Shown here piece by piece: positions 25,470 to 40,480 of a stretch of 64,000 nt of DNA; the first letter of the stretch is position 1, and each line of letters starts with the position of its first letter. Where the stretch lies: positions 27,094,001 through 27,158,000 of the forward strand of contig OX597823.1 of assembly GCA_951406725.2 (NCBI GenBank), given 5' to 3'. A program made the position numbers and the translations under genes. The notes under the pieces were generated by a model. That model was not told the DNA's origin. It made no database searches and saw only the letters and a program-made list of their open reading frames with translations. This DNA is from Octopus vulgaris. Its lineage: Eukaryota.

Positions 25470-25760
25470 GTGGTTAGGCAGCGAACTCGTGGTCGTAGGA
25501 TCGCGGTTTCGATTGCCAGACCGGGCGTTGTGAGGGTTTATTGCGCGAAAACACCTCTAGCTCCACGGGGCTCCGGCAGGGGGTGGTGGCAATCCCTGCT
25601 GTACTCTTTCGCCACAACTTTCTCTCACTCTTTCTTCTGTCACCCTGCTCGCTTAGCCAGCGGGGTGGCGTCATTTGAAGGCTAAAACAATGCGAAGCGC
25701 ATTGTGACCAGCGATGTGTAGCAACATCTGATAGCTTGTCGGTCACGGTGATCACGGTGA
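25470..25760 (+). mobile_element. tRNA-derived SINE (OK-like head)
   Basis: Head matches 47755-47940, with a different 3' part. Confidence 0.75.
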
Positions 25761-25937
25761 TATATATATATGTATATATGTTTGTGTGGGGGAATAGCTA
25801 GACAGCCGACAACTGATGAATACTTGTCCTGTTTTCTCTCGTTATTTGCGTATTCAACTCAATTGTTTTGGTATTTCATGTTGTTTACTGTTGGTGACGT
25901 CCAGTAGGCATATATGCATATATACATATATATATAT

Positions 25938-26282
25938 CGGTTACGACGACGAGCGTTCCAGTTGATCCGATCAACGGAACAGCCTACTGGTGAAATTAAC
26001 GTATAAGTGGCTGAGCACTCCTCAGACACGTGTACTCTTAACGTAGTTCTCAAGGATATTCAGCGTGACACAGAGTACAACAGAAACAGGAAGAAAGAAT
26101 GAGAGAAAGTCGTAGTGAAAGAGTGCAGTAGGGTTCGCCCCCACCCCCACCCCCAGCCGTAGCTCCGTGGAACTTTATGTGTTTTCGCTCAATAAACATT
26201 CACAACGAACGGTCTGGGAATCGAAGCCGCGATCCTACGACCGCAAGCCCCTGCTCTAACCACTGGGCCATTGGGCCTCCAC
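25938..26282 (-). mobile_element. tRNA-derived SINE (OK-like)
   Basis: Reverse complement of 47755-48140. Confidence 0.8.
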
Positions 26283-26419
26283 AGACACACATACATACAC
26301 ACACACGTGTGTGTTTATGTGTATAAGTAACCTAGTGCGTGCAATTTGTTAGGTGATGCTTGTTTCGTATATTTGTGTGTGCCTATAGTACGTGTGTGAG
26401 GCTAACGTTTATGTGTGTG

Positions 26420-27072
26420 CGTGTGTGTGTGCGTGTGCAAACGCTTGTGTGTAGCAGTAGATCTATGCTTGTTCGAGAGGTCTGTGCATGCGTGCGCGCA
26501 TATGTTAGAGCATGATGTGTGTGTGTGCGTGACCATATATTGCGCGAAAGTTGTATGTGTTTATGCGTGTTGTGTTTGTGTGTATATTGCCTGTGTACAA
26601 TCGTGTTGTGTGCATGTGTATTGTGTGATTTTAGGAGTGAATATTGTGTGTTGTGGGGGAATGCATGGCAGTGCGAGGTGGGATAGAGATGACAAGAATT
26701 ATGGGTTGGGGGTATTGGGTGCTAGCGTGTGTGGGAACGGCGTGTGTAAGTGCATGGTCGTACGAGTGTCTGTGTGTGTGTGCGTAATGGTGTGAGGTGT
26801 GAACACTGAGCTGAACAGTGTGTATGGGTGCTTGTGTAATGCTGTGTGTAGTGAGGGTGCTGAGTTAAACAGTGTACAGGTGTGGGGTTGGTTTTTAGAG
26901 GATGTCTAGACAGGATGTCAAGCGATGAGGGAGCAAACACAAGCACAACCAAAAGCGCACGCGCAGACACAAATTCCTTATGGCGAATTAAGGCCATAAA
27001 GAGCAAAAGATTGAGGAGATAAGATTAATTCCTGTTAACAACGGCGGCGAGAGTCAGGGTGGCCCCTGTGCA
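26420..27072 (-). mobile_element. PLE 3' fragment (GIY-YIG tail + CA-rich UTR)
   Basis: HRGHPDSRRRC*QELIL..YGLNSP parallels 29850-29940. Confidence 0.6.
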
Positions 27073-27096
27073 AATACAGTTCGAATATATATATAC

Positions 27097-27177
<81 letters not shown>

Positions 27178-27285
27178 TTGTGAAAATAAAAATTATATTA
27201 TTAGAGACAAAACCACTATTTTGCAAAACAAACAAGGAAAGACTTAATCAATACATAAAATTTTAATAAATAGTCAAAAAAACCG

Positions 27286-27328
27286 CCACTACAATCGTTT
27301 CTTGTCTTGATCGACAATCTTCAGGTGG
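27286..27328 (-). ncRNA. Minimal type I hammerhead ribozyme, intact core
   Basis: ccac-CUGAAGA-uuguc(gaucaa)gacaa-GAAAC-gauu-GUA-gugg. Confidence 0.85.
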
Positions 27329-27458
27329 ACTTCAATCTAAAATATCAATATTTTAAAATATACAAATAATAATTTTAAAATAATTAAAGTATGAATGAAA
27401 AAATATAAATATATAACCTATATATAATCCATATATAATCAATAATTTGCCTAAATTG

Positions 27459-27515
<57 letters not shown>

Positions 27516-28382
27516 TGTCTGTGTGTGTCTGTTTACATATATGTATACAAATTTATATATACAAACATATATAAATATATATACATATATATACATATAT
27601 GTGAGTGTGAGTGTATCTGTGGTTTTGTATTTGCGTGTGCGCCTTTGGTTGTATGTTTGTTCCCTCAACGCTTGACATGCTGCTTTGGTTCGTTACCGTC
27701 CCTGTTATTTATCTCTTCGGCAAAAAATCCGATAGTATAAGTACCAGGCTTTAAAGTAAATGATACTGTGATCGATTTGTTCGACCAAAAGACTTCAAAG
27801 CAGTGATCCAGCATGGCCGCAGTACAATGATGCAAATATATAAAAGACAATGAAAGAGAAAATTCCCCGTTAGCAGAAAACAATAACAATGTATAAACAT
27901 TGCAATAACAATTTTTGCACATTATTTTATAACAATTTCAATGCTTATTCCCTGGTTCTACCTAATTCCGTTTGATATTAGAACACAGATGCTGACGGTA
28001 TTCTCAAATCATGAATAATGAAAGGGATTTCAAATATTTGTACAAAGCCACACATTCTGGATCGGTGCTTGAAGGACTAAAGACCAAATCGATCCCAGCG
28101 CGATTTAAGGGTATATAATAAAGGAATGTAACAATATCTTATAAAAAAATAAAAAGAATCTTGTTTTTTTTTATTGGCCATAAGGACAATATGAAGACAA
28201 TATGGCAGTGCAGCACAGAACAATAAGATAAACAGTTAAGTATAGAAGTCATTTGTCAAAAAGAATTCTCTATAGATATTTACACATATTCATAAACATA
28301 CGCACACACATACATTTGTAAATAGGTAGATAGACAGATAGATATATAATGTATATTGCATATAGCTATATGTATATATATG

Positions 28383-28473
<91 letters not shown>

Positions 28474-28851
28474 GTGCATACACACCTCTACAAACAGAAG
28501 AGAGGAAAGAAGGGGGAGTGTATGGAGAATGAGAGAAAGAATATTTGTGCTTATGTGTAATAGTATATGATGCACATTATACACCCTAGAAATGTGTAAA
28601 ATCTGCTACAATTCTGACGCAGCTGACAAAAATGATTAATGCCTGCATTTCAAAGGGCTAGCCTTATCACATTCTTCTTCATGTTGAATCTTCTTTAGAA
28701 CTACATTAAGGGGATGCGTGTCTGGGGAGTGCTCAATTACTTGCACGCAAATTTAACGACCAAGATGTTCCATTGATCAGATCAACTGGAACCCTCGTCG
28801 TTGTAACTGACAGGATGCCAGTTATATACACACACACACATACACACACAC

Positions 28852-30328
<1,477 letters not shown>

Positions 30329-30330
<2 letters not shown>

Positions 30331-30820
30331 TGTTGAAGATGATGATGAACAGTCGTATAGTTTGAACTAAGCGTTATTGCCAATTCTTCTGTATTTTCTT
30401 CCACTAATGCCTCAAGGAGCTCATCATCAAACTCAACTGGACGTCCTGTGCTATCTTCATCTTCAGGACTGAAATCTCCACTTCTGAATTTTGCAAACCA
30501 TCTTCTGGAAGTTCTTTCATTCAAGCATTCTTTCCCATAAACTGAGTGTATATTTCTGGTAGCTTCGGCTGCAGAATTTCCTTTTTTGTACTCATAAAGC
30601 ATTATGTGCTTTAAATGCTCTTTGGATACTTCCATATTAGAAAGAGTTTTAATCAAAGAGATTTGAATTTTATTATTCTGTAAAATAATGTTTAATTAGT
30701 TTAAATGTACACAAATGCATAAAAATAATCTTTACTTCCATTAGATATTCTAAAATACTATTAAATTTCATTCAATTTTAAAAAAGGTAAAATCGGACAG
30801 AACCTATGGGATGACCTGAT
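30329..30820 (-). mobile_element. 5' part of a mariner element (TIR + transposase N-terminus)
   Basis: TIR-like end atcaggtcatcccataggttctgtcc next to TA repeat, and mariner N-terminal motifs. Confidence 0.85.
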
Positions 30821-31142
30821 ATATATAATATGTGTGAGTGTGTGTGTATGTGTGTGTGTGTGTATGCGTGTATATATGAATATATATATATATTTGTATA
30901 GGTAAGCATACGTGCCTACGAATATATGCTCTCTCATGTAGATATATAAAACACTTGATTTATGTTCTTTCGGATAAAACATAAAGGACTTATGCTTAAT
31001 GTCATATTTTAGATAAAATAATATTCATGTCAACAGAAATATGAGTTTTTAATGTTCTTCGTATTCGATATGAATAAATAATGTCTTTGTGGCTATATCG
31101 TGTCTAAATACTCGGATATATCAAATTAACGCAATATATGGT

Positions 31143-31261
31143 CTTTGTAAGCCCAGTACTTATTCTATCGGTCTCTTTTGCCGAATCACTAAGTGACGGG
31201 GACGTAAACACACCAGCATCGGTTGTCAAGCAATGCTAGGGGGACAAACACAGACACACAA

Positions 31262-31308
<47 letters not shown>

Positions 31309-31443
31309 TACGACAGGCTTCCTTCAGTTTCCATCTACCAAATCCACTCACAAGGCATTGGTCGGCCCGGGGCTATAGCAGAAGACACTTGCCCAAGATG
31401 CCACGCAGTGGGACTGAACCCGGAACCATGTGGTTGGTTAGCA
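31143..31443 (-). mobile_element. OR-like SINE, partial
   Basis: Matches the family at 55572-55975. Confidence 0.8.
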
Positions 31444-31510
31444 ATTTTAAAATTGAATTATTTTTATATGGTCACGCACATGTGAATGTTTATTTTCGTA
31501 AAGCTTCCCG

Positions 31511-31571
<61 letters not shown>

Positions 31572-31671
31572 TATATATATATGTTCATTGTTTACCAAAA
31601 GTGCATTATTCCAAATTCCAAATTCATAGTTGTAGACAGATATCTATTTTTAATAATAATATTAATAAAAT

Positions 31672-31770
<99 letters not shown>

Positions 31771-32395
31771 CTACACTGGCTAATAAGTCGGCATTACAAT
31801 ATCAAAACTGCCGACAAGTGGTATAATCACCACCCTGAGGCTGTAACTGAAGGAGAAAATGTAACCATTCTGTGGGACTTTCCAGTACATACAGACAGAA
31901 CCATCAAGGCCAAGAAACCAGATATTGTTGTGAAAGACCAAAACAATAAAGTTTGCTTATTGATCGACATGAGTGAGTATCCTCTGTGATCATAATATCT
32001 CAGCGAAAGAGTTTGACAAGCTCAGAAAATATAAAGACCTACTCATTGAGAAAATGTGGCATCTCAAGGCGGTTACAATACCAGTGATCGTAGGAGCACT
32101 AGGAATGATCAAGAAGGGAACCGAAAATTATATGAGAATGATCCCTGGCTTACCATCCCTGCAAGAAGTGCAAAAGATTGTCTTAACTGGTACATCACAC
32201 GTATTGAGAAGAGCATTGTCGATGTGAGAGCTGTTGCTGCTTATGTATTTTAATTTAACTTAAAAAAAAAAATGAACGAACTATTGAGTTTGGTTTAATG
32301 GCCTACCAATGTATACTATGAGTTTCTTTGCCCTAGGAGTCGGGAAGACACTCGGCAAGAAATGGAAGCAAATTTGAAAGAAGAAAAAAAAAGTA
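31771..32395 (+). mobile_element. 5'-truncated R4/Dong-like fragment
   Basis: ILWDFPVHTDRTIKAKKPDIVVKD..KYKDL..IPVIVGALG. (TAA)n flanks. Confidence 0.85.
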
Positions 32396-32411
32396 ATAAT
32401 AATAATAATAA

Positions 32412-32683
32412 AACATGGGTGGTTCGTTCAACATTCTTAAACAATCCTTATTCAGAGACCTTTTGATCGGGGTGGGCTACTCGAATAGAAGAAAATCTTA
32501 ACTGGGCCCCACATGCAAGGTCACGCGCTGTTTATCTTGATATGAAATCTCCATGTTGCGCACATATGGTCGTGAAGCATGTGCCTGGTGTGCCCTTATC
32601 AGACGGGTAGTCATGATGGGTATACTAGGCTTCGTATATTTTACCCCAGTGTCATTTTGATGGCATGCACTGCTCTCTCATTC

Positions 32684-32684
<1 letters not shown>
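32412..32684 (+). mobile_element. Non-coding interspersed repeat ending in (TAA)n (Dong-dependent SINE-like)
   Basis: Sits between TAA tracts. A related fragment lies on - at ~37660-37702. Confidence 0.4.
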
Positions 32685-32730
<46 letters not shown>

Positions 32731-33641
32731 TAACTGAAATAGCGTATCATAGCAGTAGCAGGCAACTATCCAGATATCAGAAATGAATATGTCAGTATCA
32801 CCAGAAGAGATTATTTAAAGCAGACCAAAAAATAGTGGAGAACCAAGTGCTGAAGATGGGACGCCTAATGCAGAAGAGGCTAGAAAGTTCTGGAATAGTA
32901 TTTGGGATAAGCCAATCATTCATAATGGAGATGTTGTATGGTTAAAAAAGTGAGGGAAGAAGTAGTGAGTGAGAAGCAGCCAGATCTATGACTAACTTGT
33001 ACATTAATGAGTGAAGTGTTAGGAAAAAAGTCAAATTGGAAGGGCCCAAGATCAGATCTAGTTCAAGTGTACTGGTTAAAGAAATTTAGTAGTTTACATA
33101 GGAGTTTGAGGGAACAACTTCAGAATTGCCTTAATAGAGGAATAATACCATATTGAATGACTAGAGGGAGGACAATACTTATTATGAAAGATAAGAGCTA
33201 GATTAATACAGCTAGCAATGATAGACCAATCACTTGCTTACCATTAGTGTGGAAGATGTTAACAGGAATCCTTTCAGAAAGCATTTACAAGCACCTTGAC
33301 AACCAGAATTTATTACCAGAAGAACAGAAAGGTTGCACGAAGAAGGTGAGAAAACATATGATTTATTATATATAGACAAAGCAGTTCTAAATGAAGTAAA
33401 AGCTAGAAAGAAAAATCTGACACTAGCATGGGTAAATTATAGGAAAGCCTATAATATAATTTCGCATTCATGGATAAGTGAATATTTGATTATATTCAGT
33501 ATAGCAGACAAGATAAGAGAAGTAATCAGCTTTAGCATGAAGAAATGTGAAATAGATCTCTTTTCTCTGAGGAAAAGTTAATATCAAAAGAGGAATTTTC
33601 CAGGGGGACTCGTTGTCTCCTTAAATATTTGTCTTATGTTT

Positions 33642-34010
33642 AAGGCGGTGAGCTGGCAGAAACGTTAGCACGCCGAGTGAAATGCTTAGTGGCATTTTTC
33701 GTCACCAGTCCCAAGTCTATCCAAAAAAGGTGAAATGAGTTCACAAGAATGGAGAGAAGAGCAGATGTCAACTTGAGATTCGCGGTTATTTGCGGACAAT
33801 TTATGAGGCACCCATTTTCCAAGTTTAGGAACCTTTCCAAGTTGTTGAAGATGATGATGAACAGTTCTGAGTTCAAATTCCGCCGAGGCCTACTTTGCCT
33901 TTCATCCTTTCGGGGTCGATAAATTAAGTACCAGTTGCATACTGGAGTCGATCTAATCAACTGGCCCCCTCCCCAAAAATTTCGGGCCTTGGGCCTGGCG
34001 TAGAAAAGAA
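33642..34010 (+). mobile_element. Core-domain SINE nested in the LINE, carrying a mariner insert
   Basis: aaggcggtgagctggcagaaacgttagc head. Approximate TSD aatattt..ttatgttt. Confidence 0.8.
33695..33865 (-). mobile_element. Mariner transposase internal fragment
   Basis: Translates TVHHHLQQLGKVPKLGKWVPHKLS..FLDRLGTGDEK. Confidence 0.88.
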
Positions 34011-35845
34011 TATTTTTATGTTTGATACCCTTCAGTTTAGTATAAAGGAAGGCAAAGGCAGAGTATAAGTTCAGAAACAGTAAGGGAAAAATTAACCATT
34101 TGTTCTACATGGATAATTTGAAGCTTTTTAATAAAAACGAAAAACTGATATATTCCTTAATACAGACTGTAAGACTCTTCAGCAAAGGTATAGGCATGGA
34201 ATTTGGCATAGATAAGCGTGCAACATTTGTCGTAAGAAGGGGAGATATGGTCAGGCATTAAAATCATTGAAAGAAGGAGAGAGTTATAAGTATCTTGGAG
34301 TATTAGAATCTGGCATAGTACTAACCACAGAAATGAAAATTAAGAAGGAGTACATCAGAAGGGTGAGGAGGCAAATGAAGTCAAAGCTAAATGCTCTGAA
34401 TCTAGTGAAGGCTGTAAATACTTGGAGAGTATCATTACTTAGATACTCAGTAGCTTTTGTAGATTGGACAAAAGCTGAAGTAACGAAGAAAGATAGAAGC
34501 ACTAGGAAGGAATTCAATATGAATGGAGGACTCCACCCAAGGACAGGATTAGTAAGATTATATTTACCTAGATAAGAAGGTGGAAGAGGATTAATATCAG
34601 TAGAAGACTGCGTGGAGTTTGCTAGAGTAGATATAGTTTCCTATGTAGGTAATAGTGAAGGACATTTATTAAAAACTTCTAGAGTCACAGCAAGATATAG
34701 GGAAGCCAAAACACCAAACAAATTTAAAAACCAGAAAAAAGGAGAGAAATTATCTGACTGGCAGGAGAAGGCGTTGTATGGTAGATTCCCAAAGATAGTT
34801 GTAGCAAATAGTAATAGTGAGACATGGTTAAGGTTGCAGAAAGGAAAACTGAAGTGAGAGACGAAGTTTGTTAGTAGCTGTACAAGATGAAGCATTAAGG
34901 ATTAATTAGATAAAAGCCAAGATAGACAAAAACCAAGTAGATTCTCAATGTAAGTCATGCAAATCAAAAGAGGAAAGTGTTACTTATATAGCAAGTGAAT
35001 GTAGCGCGCTGGCACAGAAAGAATACAAGAATAGACATGACAACCTAGAGAGAGAAATCCAGTGGGAGTTATGTAGAAAGCTAGGATTTGATGATACTAA
35101 TAAATGGTATGAACATGAACCTAGTAAAGTAATAGAAAGTAAGAAAAACAACATGTTGCGGGACTTTAATATTCAGACTGACAGAGTAATAGAAGGTAGA
35201 AGGCCAGATTTAGTAGTAGCAGATAAAGCGAATATAAAGCGCCAGATAATTGACTTTACAGTTTCAAATGATGAAAACAATCAATATGGGAGGTATAGAA
35301 AAAATAGCAAAGTAGCAGGACCTAGGCATTGAATTACAGAGACTTTGAAAAGAACGGGTAAAATGTATCTCAGTTGTTATAGGTGCATTGGGAACTCTCT
35401 TTAAAGATTTGACAAGTGGATAGAGAAAATAGGCATAAAACTCAGTTTAGTACAGCTGCAGAAAACAGTGTTATTAGGGACAGCTAACGTACTTAAGAGG
35501 GTCCATGGCATCTAAGGTTACTTGTTGTAGCCCGATGTTAAGATGTCTTCTTTTCCAACAGTCTAATATGCTGTGTGAATATGAAAATAACAATAGTAAT
35601 AATAATAACAGCAACAACAAAAACAACAACAACAATCCCTTCTACTGGAAGAACAAGGCCTCATATTTTGGGGAAAGGAATAAGTCGATTACATCGAACA
35701 CAGTGTGTAACTGGAACATGTTTAATCGACCCCGAAAGGATGAAAGGCAAAGCTGACCGTGGCGGAATTTGAGCTCAGAACGTAGCTGCAAACGAAATAA
35801 CAATTCTGCCAGTTTACCGCCTTAATAATGATGATGATGATGATG

Positions 35846-35924
<79 letters not shown>

Positions 35925-36699
35925 GGCCTCGAATTTGGAGGAAGGAATTAAGTCGATTGAGCTCAGAACGCAGCTTACTTTCAGGAATAGTGTACTGCAG
36001 AGTACATTATGCATTATGCCCTTCATTAAGAAGATCGTTCTTGACTTGAGAGGAGTTTGAGGGCTACTTCTAGTAATTCAATTGACTACGTAGCAGAATC
36101 TCTCGTTGGCTCATCTTAAGCGTTTAAGATGGTTGGGGATTCATACTAGAGGCATTTATTTACTATTTTTAGCTGCACATAGATGCTCTTTTGTCGTCTT
36201 GAAAGGACAAAAGAAAAGTTTGTAGGGAAAACTATTAAGAATCTGAAATATTCTACTTTGGCCTTAATCTTATGACGGAGTTGTAGGAGTGCATTCATGG
36301 CATACGACGGGTGCCTTGAAATTGAAACCTGGCGAACTTCTAATCTTCTCCTGGTATGAATACAGTCCATTTCTTCCACAGAATGAAAGAAGAACTTCTC
36401 CAGTGGACGAGTACTTTATTGATCATGAAAGAATGATATACATAGTTGATCTGATCAGATTTTGAACCATACAACAAGGAGTCATATCGGTTGCTCTAGT
36501 AACTCTCCCACTTCACGGACTTAACGTGAAATCAATTGATTTCTAACAGTACCAGAATACTAAAAATGTCTCACTTCAGAGTACAGATATTTTTTCATCT
36601 AATTCTGCAATTTGTTGGTAATTATTTGATCAGTTTCAGAACGGAATTTTGAATCTGGTATGCAACATGTAGTAAATTCAATAAACAGAGTAGAATGAA

Positions 36700-37480
36700 C
36701 TTGCATGAAGAATGGAAATTCCAACGTTTCGGATATAATCCTGTTGGGAAAATTTGAAATAAGAGATGACAGAGTTTCTTATCTTTTAACTAAGGTGTAA
36801 TACTCTGCTGATCCTCATTTATTACTCTCTTCTCTATGAAATACAGATTTTCCAAAAGAGAGAGGAGCTCTTATGGTTTGCAAAGTTTTTCCGGCCCTTT
36901 ACTTTCTGAGTTCGAATTATTCCTTCTCAATATTCTACAGTTCCTTAAATTATTATGCTTCTTGCCATATTTCTGGCGATATCTGTAGTGAGCTATTTGA
37001 TCCTGTGTAAAGGTCAAGAATCCTTATGACTTATCTTTAGATTCTATGTCTCCCAACTAGTTTTGCACTTTTTTTCTTCCATTTAATTCGAGTTTTTATT
37101 TGCCGTGTAATAGCTTTTCTTCTTGTTGCTTTGTCGTTGCATTCAATATCCACATTTTAGTTTAGTTTCCAACTTTTTCATAATATCTATAGTTTTTGTC
37201 TTTCCTTCGCGTCTAGTCATTTCAGTTCCTGGTTTATAATTTAGGTTTCTTTGAAGATAGAAAACAGTCATTTGTTTTGTTGGCATTTTGTTGCTATTTG
37301 TTTAATGTTTACTAGATATTTTAGTAGCCCTACAGAGGATGCTAAATAAAACGTTATTTTTCTTGTGTTTCCATTTTGTATTACTAGTTCTACTTGCGAA
37401 AATATAATATCTTATTATTAGGAGACCTTGAGTATTGAAGCTTATTTCCTTTTTGTTCAGATCCTGTAATGCTCATATGC
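36700..37480 (-). mobile_element. Highly decayed PLE GIY-YIG region with a hammerhead remnant at ~36719-36750
   Basis: NKDIIF..TFYLASSVG-like remnant and ggau(uau)aucc-GAAACGUU-ggaa. Confidence 0.4.
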
Positions 37481-38576
37481 TGTCACTGACCCTGGTTTGA
37501 GTATTTTTCCATTTTCCTGTTCTTTCGCAGACAGTCAGCTAACAGCATCCCAATGCATACACAGTTTATATTCCTTTCGTTCTAATTTACTGTGCTAACT
37601 CAAGAGTTGATTGATACTCTCGCTTCCTTTCTTGCAGATTCTGTGCACGACTTGGTAATCTCCCATCTTGATAAGCAGTGCATGACCTTGCAGGTGGGGC
37701 CTCACCATTTCTCTCGCTCCTGATCAGAGATTCACATATCGCTAGCCGCTAAGGAACATGCCCAACTGGTTAAGGACAAATAATTGACAATCAAATCTGT
37801 CGTACGCATGTGTGTATATGTATGTATATATTCGTGTATATACATATCTGTGTTTGCGCATGTATCCGTGCATATGCATGTATCTGTCTGTCTGTCTGTC
37901 TGTGTGATTGTGTGTGTGATTTTTGTGTGTGTGTTTTTGAGTGCATGTGTTTGTGTGTGCGTTTGTATCTGTATGTGTGTTTGTGTGTGTATTCATGTGT
38001 GTGTATTCATGTGTGTGTGTATGTGTGTGTGCGTGTGTTTCCAGACGAGAGCGCGGCTACCTAATGCATGGTGTGAGGTCTATTCATACCATTTTGATGA
38101 TTTCCTTTACTGCTAATCAAAGGTTTCCTGTCATTTGTGAGAGTCTCTGTCAACCATTTCGTATAAATAGGTTTATCAAACATATCTATATCCTAAATAC
38201 TAAATATGTAAATTTTAAATTTTATATTTATATAAAACTGAATAATTTAAAATACTGCATAATTTAATTAATTCTGTCTGCAGTAAAAGAAATTACTGCT
38301 GTTGCAATAGAATATATTTGAAGAATATAACTTGATTAAAAATGCAAAAATTATAAGAGATCTTCTAATTAAATACATTTCAGTATCGCTTAGAATTTCA
38401 GAAAATCATTAAACGGAATTAACGGAAAAGGAAATATATGCTATGTGGTAAAGATAATTTCCAATCCATCTTTTGCGTCCAGGTTTGGGCCCACAATATG
38501 GCGACTGAGATAGTGTCATCAAGTGTTGATCAATTCTTGAGACTGGAATTTAGAAGACAGAAACTCTGTGGCGTCC

Positions 38577-38627
<51 letters not shown>

Positions 38628-38629
<2 letters not shown>

Positions 38630-39780
38630 ACTTATATATAAGGGCTAAAGAAAATTATTTCAATGCCAATATGCTGATAACGGACTTTTAAATCGTCAAT
38701 TTCCACATATTATTTATACTCGCTACAGAAAAAAAAACACGAAGAACTGAAATCGGGGAAGCCGGCCGATGGAATTTAAAAAAAAAAGTTCGTTATTTCT
38801 ATATTGAATCAATTTCGGAATTAATCTCATAAACGATTCTTTCCTCTTCAGTAGAACATACGAAAGGATATAAATAAGATGCTTACATGCGCCCATGGAA
38901 AAAAGCCGAAGCAAAAATCATGAGTACATATCCTTTCGTATGTTCTACTGAGAGAGAAAAGAATCTTTTATGAGATTAATTCCGAAATTGATTCAATATA
39001 GAAATAACGAACTTTTTTTTAAAAATTCCATCGGCCGGCTTCCCCGAATTCAGTTCTTCGTGTTTTTTCTGTAGCGAGTAAATAATATGTGGAAATTGAT
39101 GATTTAAAAGTCTGTTATCAGCATATTGGCATTGAAATAATTTTCTATAGCCCTTATATATAAGTTGCTTATAATTTTAACCGTAAAGGTATTTTAATAT
39201 GCTGCCACATTTTTTGATGGAATTTTTTTCTGTAAAGAAAACTTCATCCTATATTAGTAGTAGACTTATTACTACTCGCTATAGGGACTGGTAACCACTA
39301 TAACCTGTAGTCGAGAACAGTCAACACGTTGTGCTGAGGCTGACCAAAGGATTTTATTTCTAGATATATCTGGGGTACTTATATGTGCTCATGATTTTTG
39401 CTTCGGCTTTTTTCCATGGGCGCATGTAAGTATCATATTTATATCATTTCGTATGCTCTACTGAAGAGAAAAGAATCTTTTATGAGATTAATTCCGAAAA
39501 TGATTCAATATAGAAATAACGAACTTTAAAAAAATTCTATCGGCCGGCTTCCCCGATTTCAGTTCTTCGTGTTTTTTTCTGTAGTAAGTAAATAATATGT
39601 AGAAACTGACGATTTAAAAGTCTGTTATCAGCATATTGGCATTGAAATAATTTTCTATAGCCCTTATATATAAGTTGTTTATAATTTTAACCGTAAAGGT
39701 ATTTTAATATGCTGCCACATTTTTTGACGGAATTTTTTTTTCCGTAAAAAAACTTCATCCTATATTAGTAGTAGTAGTAG
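38628..39780. repeat. Foldback (38628-38871 / 38928-39167) plus a third copy (39384-39780)
   Basis: Arms are near-exact reverse complements with a ~56-nt spacer. Confidence 0.92.
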
Positions 39781-39785
39781 TAGTA

Positions 39786-39831
<46 letters not shown>

Positions 39832-40016
39832 GTATGTATATATCCATATATATATATATGTATGTATGTATGTATGCATGTATGTGTATATATATATATA
39901 TAAATGTATGCATATGTGTGCATTAAATATGTATTTATGCGTGTATATGTATATATATACGTACATATATATATACATTTATATACACATATATATATAT
40001 GTATGTATTTATGTAT

Positions 40017-40062
<46 letters not shown>

Positions 40063-40074
40063 TTATTTATTTAT

Positions 40075-40480
40075 TGACCACAGGGAGCAAAACATAAAGG
40101 GGACAAACAAGGACAGACAAATGGATTAAGTCGATTACATCGACCCCAGTGCGTAACTGGTACTTATCTAATCGACCCTGAAAGGATGAAAGGCAAAGTC
40201 GACCTCGGTGGAATTTGAACTCAATACGTAACGGCAGACGAAATACCTATTTCTTTACTACCCACAAGGGGCTAAACACAGAGAGGACAAACAAGGACAG
40301 ACAAACGGATTAAGTCTATTACATCGACCCCAGTGCGTAACTGGTACTTAATTTATCGACCCCGAAAGGATGAAAGGCAATGTCGACCTCGGCGGAATTT
40401 GACTTCAGAACGCAGCGGCAGACGAAATATCGCTAAGCATATCGCCCGACATCCTAGCGATTCTGCGAGCTCGCCGCCCC
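40075..40480 (-). mobile_element. Dimeric core-domain SINE
   Basis: Reverse complement of modules at 18812-19710. Confidence 0.8.

Larger units (their letters stand above)
32733..35582 (+). mobile_element. Decayed R4/Dong-like LINE (RT, CCHC, RLE) interrupted by a SINE
   Basis: RPITCLP, GIFQGDSLS, HLFYMDNLK, YKYLG, RLYLPR*EGGRGL, RPDL motifs. Many stops. TAA-type flanks. Confidence 0.88.

Noticed and set aside
36280-36390. Possible Gypsy integrase zinc-finger remnant
   Set aside because: Too short and degenerate to support by eye.
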